The notes under the pieces: model-generated | What the model was told of the DNA's origin: nothing | Database searches by the model: none | The model's input: only the letters and a program-made list of their open reading frames with translations | Source: a virus | Lineage: Duplodnaviria; Caudoviricetes | IMG/VR virus record: IMGVR_UViG_3300025316_000018 | Location: 1 to 62,598 of that record | Reading direction: 5' to 3' (one strand) | DNA: 62,598 nucleotides | Position numbers and translations under genes: made by a program | In this document: one piece after another, positions 38,148 through 46,118 of the stretch | Numbering within the stretch: position 1 is the stretch's first letter | How the letters are laid out: each line of letters begins with the position of its first letter

Positions 38148-38838
38148 TTTATAACCTCATTATAAATTATTACCTATACATCATTAAAACAATGACATAG
38201 GCAATAATCCCTAAAATCTAGGCATTATTGCGCCATCTGTCACATGGCTTGAGGTATAAAAATTCCGTATTGTTAAAGAGCTTAATTTTACACAAGACTT
38301 TCTACAAGGCGTAACTATGCCTATACACGAACTATCATTGTGTGATAGATTCCACGGCAAGGCTATACTCTTGCAACTCATAGACACTACTATAGTGCTA
38401 TGGCGTGGGGCTATCATTAGTTTTTAAAGAGCTAGTTCAAAACTTCTGAACTAGAGGACTTACAGTTTAGCACAATGACAACTTAAAGCAATTTTATCGT
38501 TTTTACTGTACCGCACACAGGATCTAATTGTGTATAAGTGCTTGAATTATAACAAAAAGTATTTTTATGTGTGTCCGCAATGATTGCGAATCACTTTTAA
38601 TATAAAACTGTATAATGCCTTATAAAACAGTGTGTTAGCGCGTTATTGTGTGTTAGAGTCAGCATCCTGTTCTCGTTTTGTTCTCTATTGGCGCGTGTAT
38701 TGTCGCCATAAACAAGTAGTAAGTGATTTTAGTCTCTTAGCACGATTATAAGCACGTTTCAGCACTTAGCAATACCATAGTAGCCATAAACGTATAACAG
38801 GCGTTAAAACGCAATTTTAACGCCTTGGCGCGCGTTTG

Positions 38839-38940
38839 CACAAGCACAAGCACAAGCACAAGCACAAGCACAAGCACAAGCACAAGCACAAGCACAAGCA
38901 CAAGCACAAGCACAAGCACAAGCACAAGCACAAGCACAAG
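38839..38940. repeat. (CACAAG)17 microsatellite
   Basis: counted directly. Confidence 0.97.
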
Positions 38941-39193
38941 CACGCGCGTAGCAATAAACGTGCCAATTGCTAATTTTAGCCATTTTTTGGCACGTTTTGA
39001 AAATAGCGTTTTTTGCCGTGGTAGCACGGTTTTGTACTAGGTAATGCTACGGTATAGCAAAACCGTAAAAACGCCTTAAAACGCAATTTTAATGCCTTCC
39101 TGATCTAACGTGAAAAGACACTATTTCGGGTGTTTTTACGATATATCTTTACATGGTGTTGATAATGTGGTTATGGTTTTGTGAAATAAAGTA

Positions 39194-39222
39194 TTGACAT
39201 GGTTTTAATAATGTGCTATATC
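39194..39222 (+). promoter_or_regulatory. possible sigma70 promoter firing into the repeat block
   Basis: TTGACA-17-TATATC with TG extension; no real ORF downstream. Confidence 0.4.
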
Positions 39223-39245
39223 ATGCCAAGTTTTGCACGTTGTAT

Positions 39246-39261
39246 TGTTCCACATGGAACA
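39246..39261. promoter_or_regulatory. parS: parS-like palindrome (1 mismatch)
   Basis: TGTTCCACATGGAACA. Confidence 0.65.
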
Positions 39262-39268
39262 GTGTTCT

Positions 39269-39451
39269 GCACTGTATTGGTGCGGTGTAAAGTTTGTGCT
39301 GAACGGTTCTGCACTGTATTGGTGCGGTGTTCCACGTGGAACAGTACTAAAAGTGGGAATTTTTGCGCGTTTGCACTGTATTGGTGCGGTGTTGCACTGT
39401 ATTGGTGCGGTGTTGCACTGTATTGGTGCGGTGTTGCACTGTATTGGTGCG
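39269..39451. repeat. 21-bp iteron-like repeat GCACTGTATTGGTGCGGTGTT, six copies
   Basis: starts at 39269, 39311, 39373, 39394, 39415, 39436 (last partial). Confidence 0.95.
39328..39343. promoter_or_regulatory. parS: perfect parS palindrome
   Basis: TGTTCCACGTGGAACA. Confidence 0.75.
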
Positions 39452-39466
39452 TGTGAGCGGGAACGC

Positions 39467-39513
39467 GAATGGTAATGGTAATGAGAATGGTAATGAGAAT
39501 GGTAATGAGAATG
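39467..39513. repeat. 12-bp tandem repeat AATGGTAATGAG (about 3 copies)
   Basis: direct reading. Confidence 0.9.
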
Positions 39514-39569
39514 ATTCGTATTCGTATAGAAAAGTTCGATTCTGGCTCAAACTCTTATTCTCGTAACTA

Positions 39570-39690
39570 TTTTTCTACACAATTTTCCAGTACATTTCGA
39601 ATTTTTTTCTACACAATTTTCCAGTACATTTCGAATTTTTTTTCGCAGAAATTTTCAGTACATTCCGAATTTTTTTTTCGCAGAAAATTT
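39570..39690. repeat. T-rich ~34-bp degenerate tandem repeat
   Basis: TTTTTCTACACAATTTTCCAGTACATTTCGAATT twice, then two variant units. Confidence 0.85.
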
Positions 39691-39699
39691 GTGCCCAGA

Positions 39700-39748
39700 G
39701 GAGCGAAGTGAACTCCTTGGGGAGCGAAGTGAACTCCTTGGGGAGCGA
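39700..39748. repeat. 21-bp tandem repeat GGAGCGAAGTGAACTCCTTGG (2 copies + partial)
   Basis: each unit has a GGAG/CTCC hairpin. Confidence 0.9.
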
Positions 39749-39815
39749 TGGATATCTAACAAGAAGTGCTGCACTGTGTTGTACAATGCAGCACATGTAT
39801 CGAGGGTATGGGTGA

Positions 39816-40097
39816 TTAATCGAATATAGCCACGACATCATCTTCATTTACAATAAAGAATGTGTCATCATTAACGTTTGTGGTAGTTGCTTCGTTCTTC
39901 TTAGCTAGTTGCCAATTAGGTAGGATGATATCGCCTTCTTTGACGAATATGCACCCAGCCCCTACTGCTAGTACTCTACCTTTTGTTACTTCTTTTGGGT
40001 CAGCACGGGACAGTACGATACCGCCCTCGGTGATCATTTCTTTTTCGAGCATTTCTACTACGATGTTTTTGTTTATTGGTTTCAGGAAGTGTGCCAT
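39816..40097 (-). CDS. groES: GroES-like co-chaperonin (functional analog of T4 gp31)
   Basis: LKPINKNIVV, TEGGIVL, GRVLAVGAG, VKEGD, NEDDVVAI. Confidence 0.85.
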   Translation of the reverse strand: MAHFLKPINKNIVVEMLEKEMITEGGIVLSRADPKEVTKGRVLAVGAGCIFVKEGDIILPNWQLAKKNEATTTNVNDDTFFIVNEDDVVAIFD

Positions 40098-40098
40098 A

Positions 40099-40293
40099 TT
40101 AATCTCTTAGTAGTTTAGGTGCGGATTCGCCATCATGAACGTAGTCTTCTGCGATGGTGTATGGGTTATCGGCGATACCGACATTTCTGTTGTGTACTAG
40201 TACATTATCCTCATAGAAGTTAATTAGGTATCCGGACGGGGTATCCATTATTTCGGATCGTTTATTATTGTGTTGGTACGACATTGGTTTCAT
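40099..40293 (-). CDS. hypothetical protein
   Basis: operon packing. Confidence 0.6.
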   Translation of the reverse strand: MKPMSYQHNNKRSEIMDTPSGYLINFYEDNVLVHNRNVGIADNPYTIAEDYVHDGESAPKLLRD

Positions 40294-40300
40294 ATATTGC

Positions 40301-42301
40301 CTATGATATCATATTAATAAAACGGTTCAGTACGACTCTATTAGTAGTTCTTTGTTTTGAGAACTTAGTAAATGAGGATACCAGACCACGGGTTGTTGCA
40401 TTTTCTTTCACTTTTAGTTCTGCATCTTCAGCTGTATCCATGCCATCAGCTCTTAGTAGGTAGTATTCATCGTAACCGGCGGTAGTAACGACTTTATAGT
40501 TATCTCTTCGGAACTGTGCTTTAATAGCATCATGATCAATTGTATCTGGGAACAGATATTCAATCGCTGATATTGATCGTCTATCCACGACATAGAACCC
40601 TATTATATTACACTTTGTGATGGACTTCAACAGTTTAAGGTAAGCTGATGTGACTAGTCTACCAACATGCGGAGATTTAATAGTTTCTTGGTGTTTTGAT
40701 TTTGGGTCGCGTATCACGAGTGCTTTAAATGTGTCGGGGTCGGGGTCGATACCCAGACCTATTCTGTCTATTCCATCGTTATAGTGTATGGATCTGTTAC
40801 CATCTGATTCGCCATCCGTGAGGAACACTGTGTTAACGATTTGCAGATTATAGTCTTTTTTAAACTTTGGTACTACTGTCATTGCAGTTACTATAGCGGC
40901 ATTTAGTGGAGTACACCCCAGAGAGAACCATTTAGGAGCTGATTGGTACTCATGCATGTTTCTTGATAAGATAAGCAATGATTGTACGGCATAGTTATAT
41001 TCTCTCGTGGTCATTTTATTCGATAGGATGTTCAGCATATTAACTGACGAGAATATTTCCAGATCCCCGTCTTTGTGTTTTTGTTTACTTTCAGCACATC
41101 TATCGGTAAATGCGTATACCTCGAATGGTATATTAACTTGTTTGCAGAACATGACCAGATTGAGCAATTGTTTAACGGTATTATGCAGTGTATTCTGCAT
41201 AGAACCTGACCAGTCTATGAACAGCACTAATCCATGAGATTTACCATTGGGCACGACCGCTAGTTTCTTGAACACGTCATCCGCGAACTTATACGAGAAT
41301 ATAGCATCCATATTGAGTTCACCGGTTTTGGCGACAGAAGCACGTTTTAGTTGTTGAGCATTCTTTTTCAGTTCGAACTCTTTCACTAGGTATGCCACGA
41401 CTTTCTTTGATTCTGTTCTGAAAGTTTGGTACAGGTCATTATTCAGCACTAATCGTTGTTGATAATGTTCTCGGTAGTATTCTGGGTGTATTAGATCGAC
41501 ATATGTGCGATAGTTTCGCCACACGATTTTATGGTCTACTATTACTTTATCCATATCCACGGTTGGTATATTTCCGTAGTAGTATTCAAAATTAGCCTCT
41601 GAGTATAGTTGTTCTTGGTTTTTTCGTAATGCGTTATCGGTTTCTGACTCTACACGTTTTTGATAGTCGCCTGATTCACCATCGCCATCCCCATCACTTT
41701 CTTGTTCCTCTCCTTCATCATCATTTGGATTGGTGGGTTCTTTATCTTCTATTTCGAGATAATCCATCACTTTTCTTGCTACTATTAGCACCTCATCTAT
41801 TGTGGTACAATTCAAGATCTCTTCCATCAGGTCTTGTTCTATTGTTGTGATGAAATCTATACCACTATTAACACCGAGCTTTATGTACATATTAGCTCTA
41901 TCGATGAAATTTAGTTCATTGATATTAGTATCTTCTGTGCCGAAGAAGTTTCTCTGGACAAGATCATTATAGCCTATGATGAATGGTTGTTTTAGTCCTG
42001 GATATTTGGACTTGATCATTTTTTCTATACGAGCATCTTCTATCACATTTAGCACAGAGAATGTGATGTCTAGTTCTTTAGATCGTGTAAGGAGTTCTGG
42101 TGGTGTGAACAGTGCATGACCGACTTCATGGCCCATGAACAGATCATATAATTCTGGGATAATCTTATCGTCTAGTATAGGTATTGTTAGAATACGGTTA
42201 ATCACATCGAAAGATGCTGTTCTAACTTTACGTTGTTCAACGATAAGATTTTCTGATGCCATTAATTTGGCGAGGATTGATTTGGACTGTACTAATTTCA
42301 T
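40301..42301 (-). CDS. metallopeptidase-like + vWA (CobT-like) protein
   Basis: HEVGHALFT, NVIEDARIE, DWSGSM, TPLN, LTDGE. Confidence 0.85.
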   Translation of the reverse strand: MKLVQSKSILAKLMASENLIVEQRKVRTASFDVINRILTIPILDDKIIPELYDLFMGHEVGHALFTPPELLTRSKELDITFSVLNVIEDARIEKMIKSKYPGLKQPFIIGYNDLVQRNFFGTEDTNINELNFIDRANMYIKLGVNSGIDFITTIEQDLMEEILNCTTIDEVLIVARKVMDYLEIEDKEPTNPNDDEGEEQESDGDGDGESGDYQKRVESETDNALRKNQEQLYSEANFEYYYGNIPTVDMDKVIVDHKIVWRNYRTYVDLIHPEYYREHYQQRLVLNNDLYQTFRTESKKVVAYLVKEFELKKNAQQLKRASVAKTGELNMDAIFSYKFADDVFKKLAVVPNGKSHGLVLFIDWSGSMQNTLHNTVKQLLNLVMFCKQVNIPFEVYAFTDRCAESKQKHKDGDLEIFSSVNMLNILSNKMTTREYNYAVQSLLILSRNMHEYQSAPKWFSLGCTPLNAAIVTAMTVVPKFKKDYNLQIVNTVFLTDGESDGNRSIHYNDGIDRIGLGIDPDPDTFKALVIRDPKSKHQETIKSPHVGRLVTSAYLKLLKSITKCNIIGFYVVDRRSISAIEYLFPDTIDHDAIKAQFRRDNYKVVTTAGYDEYYLLRADGMDTAEDAELKVKENATTRGLVSSFTKFSKQRTTNRVVLNRFINMIS

Positions 42302-42332
42302 ATATCACCGATAGATTCATAATGTATGGGTT

Positions 42333-42360
42333 ATTATACCATGTATTAGCACAGTGTCAA
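42333..42360 (-). promoter_or_regulatory. sigma70-type promoter
   Basis: TTGACA-16-TATAAT. Confidence 0.65.
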
Positions 42361-42363
42361 GTT

Positions 42364-42786
42364 TTATGGTAGTAGGTCTGGAAATGCTTCTTTAATGAAT
42401 TCATAATCTAGACCAGGAACACCTAGATCTTTGTTAAAGATACCCATGACCACTTCTGCTTCTCTTGGTTCAATTGCTTCCAGAAACTGTGTTAATAGTT
42501 CTTCTCTTCGTTGTGGTGTTAGTTGTTCTGCTTGTGGGTGACCTTTTTGGAACAGATATAGTCTACGGATTTCGGTAGACAGTTGTGTAGATGCCATACC
42601 AGGAACCACATCTTTCGGTACATATTTGTGTGGTACTTCTTTGATCAGCCAATGATGATCTGGGTGATAAGCAAGTACAAACACATCAACGAGAGTTTTA
42701 GAGAGATTCTTCTCTACCACTTTCATCTTATCATGACGGGTTGGCGCATTTTCGATTTCGTCTAGCACTTCATAAATATTTTTCAT
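42364..42786 (-). CDS. conserved T4-like hypothetical protein (rnh neighbour)
   Basis: RRLYLF..RREELLTQFLEAIEPREAE..EAFP. Confidence 0.8.
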   Translation of the reverse strand: MKNIYEVLDEIENAPTRHDKMKVVEKNLSKTLVDVFVLAYHPDHHWLIKEVPHKYVPKDVVPGMASTQLSTEIRRLYLFQKGHPQAEQLTPQRREELLTQFLEAIEPREAEVVMGIFNKDLGVPGLDYEFIKEAFPDLLP

Positions 42787-43631
42787 TAAAATTCATCCAT
42801 CACTGATATAAGGTTTCGTAGTTTATATTGAACCATATAGTCCAATAGGTGTTTTCTTGGTGCAGGTTTTGTTTCTTCGTAGCATTTGATGATATTCTGT
42901 TTAATATGTGTTGGTATAAAAGACAGGTCTATCATCTGTTGGTTTCGTATAAAGTTATTCTTTTGTGTTTCATCTTCCCATTCTGTATGGTTTTCGTACA
43001 GAAGTTTCTCAAGGATGCCTTTTGTCACTGATTTCTGTTTAATATCCATAACGAACGTATCACTTGGCGATAGCACATTTGGTACACCATCGCCACGATC
43101 GCCGCGAATAATCTTCTCTTTAAGTTCTAGAGTAGGGTTTTCTGATTTCAGGAACTTCTTTTGCATTGGTGAGTATTGCTTAACGTTTTTGTGGCTATGC
43201 AATTGCAGAAAGTCTTCATCACCGGATAGTATTAGTATCTTTTGTGTTGGTGCGTGTCTTGGTACCAAAGTCCCGATGATATCATCTGCTTCGGCCATAT
43301 CCACATCGATCACCTTGTATGGGAAATAGTCTTTAAGTTCTTGTCTGAACTTGGTCATCATTTCAAACACAAGTTTCCAATCAAGGTCTGATTTAGCACG
43401 AGATTTTGCTCGACACGCTTTGTAGTATGGGAACTCGGACTTGCGCCAATACGTTCTGTTATCACAGCAAATGACCACTTCACCATACTCTTTGAATGTT
43501 TTCACATGTCCACGTATCATATTAAGTATCATATACCGAATATCATTTTCGGTGGGTTTGCTCAGATTCTTCGGTGATATTTGTGGCATGATACCCGATA
43601 TTAGTATCTGGTTTAGATCAATTAATAACAT
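42786..43631 (-). CDS. rnh: T4-type RNase H / 5'-3' exonuclease
   Basis: LIDLNQI, YWRK..YYKACR, EADDII, SGDEDFLQL, GDRGDGVPN. Confidence 0.93.
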   Translation of the reverse strand: MLLIDLNQILISGIMPQISPKNLSKPTENDIRYMILNMIRGHVKTFKEYGEVVICCDNRTYWRKSEFPYYKACRAKSRAKSDLDWKLVFEMMTKFRQELKDYFPYKVIDVDMAEADDIIGTLVPRHAPTQKILILSGDEDFLQLHSHKNVKQYSPMQKKFLKSENPTLELKEKIIRGDRGDGVPNVLSPSDTFVMDIKQKSVTKGILEKLLYENHTEWEDETQKNNFIRNQQMIDLSFIPTHIKQNIIKCYEETKPAPRKHLLDYMVQYKLRNLISVMDEF

Positions 43632-43639
43632 AATATACC

Positions 43640-43975
43640 TTACTCAAAAATAGAATCAAAAAATATGTCTGATGTTGTGGTTTTCCTTCCGATGATACCA
43701 TAGAACCCACACTTTATTAGGTGCTCTAGGTATACTACGGGGTCCGCTAATATAGCATCGAAACAGTCTTCGATCACCATAACACCGTCTTCGTTTGGTT
43801 CTATGAACACTATCTCATAGTTCTTACCAAGTTTAGAACCTCCAACGCTTTCGCCTGGATCTTTGTATGTGAATGTTTCTATGTGTGTATGTTCATCCAG
43901 TTCTTCGTGCGGTGAAAAGATAAACCCATCGTATGGGGTTTCTGCCAATTTTCTGATGTTGTCGAGTAGACTCAT
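43640..43975 (-). CDS. hypothetical protein
   Basis: GGAG RBS; promoter upstream. Confidence 0.7.
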   Translation of the reverse strand: MSLLDNIRKLAETPYDGFIFSPHEELDEHTHIETFTYKDPGESVGGSKLGKNYEIVFIEPNEDGVMVIEDCFDAILADPVVYLEHLIKCGFYGIIGRKTTTSDIFFDSIFE

Positions 43976-44004
43976 ACTGCTCCTATAGTTTCACATGAAT
44001 TAAT

Positions 44005-44033
44005 ATTATAACTCATATGTTGGTATTTGTCAA
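44005..44033 (-). promoter_or_regulatory. sigma70-type promoter
   Basis: TTGACA-17-TATAAT. Confidence 0.7.
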
Positions 44034-44057
44034 CAAATTTACACATATTCTATGTGT

Positions 44058-44123
44058 TATAAATAGTTATAGGCCACGATATTAGAGTATCCGCCTATTC
44101 TAACACTTTCAAGGAGCATCAGC
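44058..44123. promoter_or_regulatory. conserved late promoter + two-hairpin leader, copy 3
   Basis: same element with compensatory changes. Confidence 0.8.
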
Positions 44124-44537
44124 ATGAATATATATACGATATTATCGAGTAAGCCACACAACACACATTATCTAATTAGATACATAAATTTCATTAATAG
44201 TCGAGACAATAATAAAACTGGATACACAGAAAAACATCATATTTGCCCAAAAGCAATGGATCTATTTCCTGAATATGATAATCTCAGAAGGAATCTATGG
44301 AATTCTGTTGTACTAACAGCAAGAGAGCACTTTATAGCCCATTGGTTGCTATGGAAGGCATTTCCAAAAACTACTATGTCAACAGCGTTCATATTAATGG
44401 GTAGAAAGAATTCCAATCGTTTAAATAGTAAATCTTATCAATCATTAAAAGAAGAATATTCGATAATAAATAGTGAATCTCAAATAGGAAGTTATATGTG
44501 CCTGATTTATGAGGGCATTCTTGGCACTAATAGTTAG
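44124..44537 (+). mobile_element. free-standing HNH homing endonuclease (MobE-like), possibly C-truncated
   Basis: YTEKHHICPK..NSVVLTAREHFIAHWLL. Confidence 0.8.
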
Positions 44538-44959
44538 AGTTTATTCTTTATGTGTGATTTGTGGATTCGGCAGCTAATTTGTCCGTTATAAAATTCGTCA
44601 CTTTCGAGGACTTTTAATAGGAACTGTTCGCTGGCCTCTCTATACGTACACTCCGCTTTCGATGTGCAGTAGAATAATATTTCGCGAGTAAAGTTTTCTT
44701 CCCCGTGTGTCTTAACGTCATTCTGTAATTCTAAAGATGATGACCAATATGTTTTCCAATCGGATTCCACTTGTTTCTTTATCTTTTTCTTCTTTTTCGC
44801 ACCAGATTTTAGTGTTACTGTTTTAATAGATGTTTTTGTGAAGTGTGATAGCTTCTTACCGATATACTTCCGGTTGTTAGTCAGATTTGTTATAAGATAC
44901 ACAAACCCGACACAATCAGGAAGTACTTCGACAGCATCACCGTTGTATAACCACATCAA
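44534..44959 (-). CDS. GIY-YIG family nuclease
   Basis: GFVYLITN..KYIGKK, ESDWKTYWSS, FYNG. Confidence 0.85.
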   Translation of the reverse strand: MMWLYNGDAVEVLPDCVGFVYLITNLTNNRKYIGKKLSHFTKTSIKTVTLKSGAKKKKKIKKQVESDWKTYWSSSLELQNDVKTHGEENFTREILFYCTSKAECTYREASEQFLLKVLESDEFYNGQISCRIHKSHIKNKL

Positions 44960-45558
44960 ATATCCAATGGTTTTTTAGATATGATCATATGTCGATTTTT
45001 AAATTTTTCGTCTTTACCGAATGAGTTTTTTAAATGTTTGTGTATGTTGTCATTGTTAGTTTTATGCAGCCGTTTACCATCGAAATGATATACATGGTGA
45101 CCATCATCCAATGCTTTATGTGTTAAATCCCTCCACATATCATGACCAGTTGTGAATTGCTCTTTAGATGTTACTAGAGGCAGTCCACTATGCTCCATAT
45201 GATGATATATTACAGCTTTAGCGTGTCCACGAGGCAACTTTCCGCCTTTAACTCTATCAACTTCAGATTGAGTATTGTGCTCAAATGGCAAGGAGTTTTC
45301 GTGTGCATTATGGTGCTTTATTACTGCTCTATGAACGAGCTGTTTTTCAACATGATCATTAGTCGAAATGTGTATATTAGTACCATGAGTTTTGGTATGT
45401 ATTTTTACTCCAGGAACATCAACTTGATATGTGTGTTCTGGGTCGTTATGAGTTAGCTTATAGTTGTGTTTTCTGGTATTGATGTCAGAATTAACAATCG
45501 AATACGGAGATCCGATGTCCTGAGACATTTCCCAAATAAATTGTTTATAAGTTTTCAT
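44956..45558 (-). CDS. His-rich hypothetical protein, possible internal head protein
   Basis: N-terminus MKTYKQFIWE. Confidence 0.65.
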   Translation of the reverse strand: MKTYKQFIWEMSQDIGSPYSIVNSDINTRKHNYKLTHNDPEHTYQVDVPGVKIHTKTHGTNIHISTNDHVEKQLVHRAVIKHHNAHENSLPFEHNTQSEVDRVKGGKLPRGHAKAVIYHHMEHSGLPLVTSKEQFTTGHDMWRDLTHKALDDGHHVYHFDGKRLHKTNNDNIHKHLKNSFGKDEKFKNRHMIISKKPLDI

Positions 45559-45937
45559 ATTCTTTTATTTTGTCCATTATTGTTTGTTTGTCGATATCGG
45601 TTCTATACATCTTGATTATTGAGCAATATTTGTTTTCCGTAATACCACCAATAACAATAGAATTCACTATACCAATGTTCCAATCTATATGACTAGCAAA
45701 AAACCTACCATTGTTTGTAAACACACATGGATAATCGAACTTACATAAAAATCTATCACATGAGTTGAATATTTTTGTGTTCCATATGTTTTTACTTAAA
45801 TCTACATCACATAGCCAGTAGTTATTTACATATTGCATGAATTCTATTGTTAATAAGTCGAAATTAGGAATAAGTTTAATGACATCATCTAAACTTATTC
45901 CGTTCACTAAGCTATATTCAGTCCCAATCTTCTTCAA
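45545..45937 (-). CDS. hypothetical protein
   Basis: overlapping operon packing. Confidence 0.55.
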   Translation of the reverse strand: MKKIGTEYSLVNGISLDDVIKLIPNFDLLTIEFMQYVNNYWLCDVDLSKNIWNTKIFNSCDRFLCKFDYPCVFTNNGRFFASHIDWNIGIVNSIVIGGITENKYCSIIKMYRTDIDKQTIMDKIKEYENL

Positions 45938-46106
45938 TTTCCAATTCTTCCTCTACAAACTCTTCGTCATACTCTTCTATTAACTCACCACAGAACGGGC
46001 AGTGTACTGGGATGTCTTTAGAAACCATTTCTGCTTGATATGTTATACTGAAATATGAATCGCAATTAGAGCACTCCTCTTTTATGTTTTTCTTTGTCAT
46101 GTGCAT
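45918..46106 (-). CDS. small zinc-ribbon acidic protein
   Basis: CSNC..CPFCG. Confidence 0.7.
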   Translation of the reverse strand: MHMTKKNIKEECSNCDSYFSITYQAEMVSKDIPVHCPFCGELIEEYDEEFVEEELEIEEDWD

Positions 46107-46118
46107 ATGTTATGTTGT

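Larger units (their letters stand above)
38200..39815. other. gene-free, repeat-rich region; candidate replication origin
   Basis: only spurious repeat ORFs; five repeat families; + strand A/C-rich to the left and G/T-rich to the right. Confidence 0.65.

Noticed and set aside
39269-39451. CRISPR array from the 21-bp repeats
   Set aside because: Four of six copies are tandem with no spacer, the other gaps are unequal, and no cas genes are present
38746-39847. ORFs with VLVL, STST, ALYWCGV, GNEN or LPKEFTS repeats
   Set aside because: Translations of non-coding tandem repeats in several frames, without RBS
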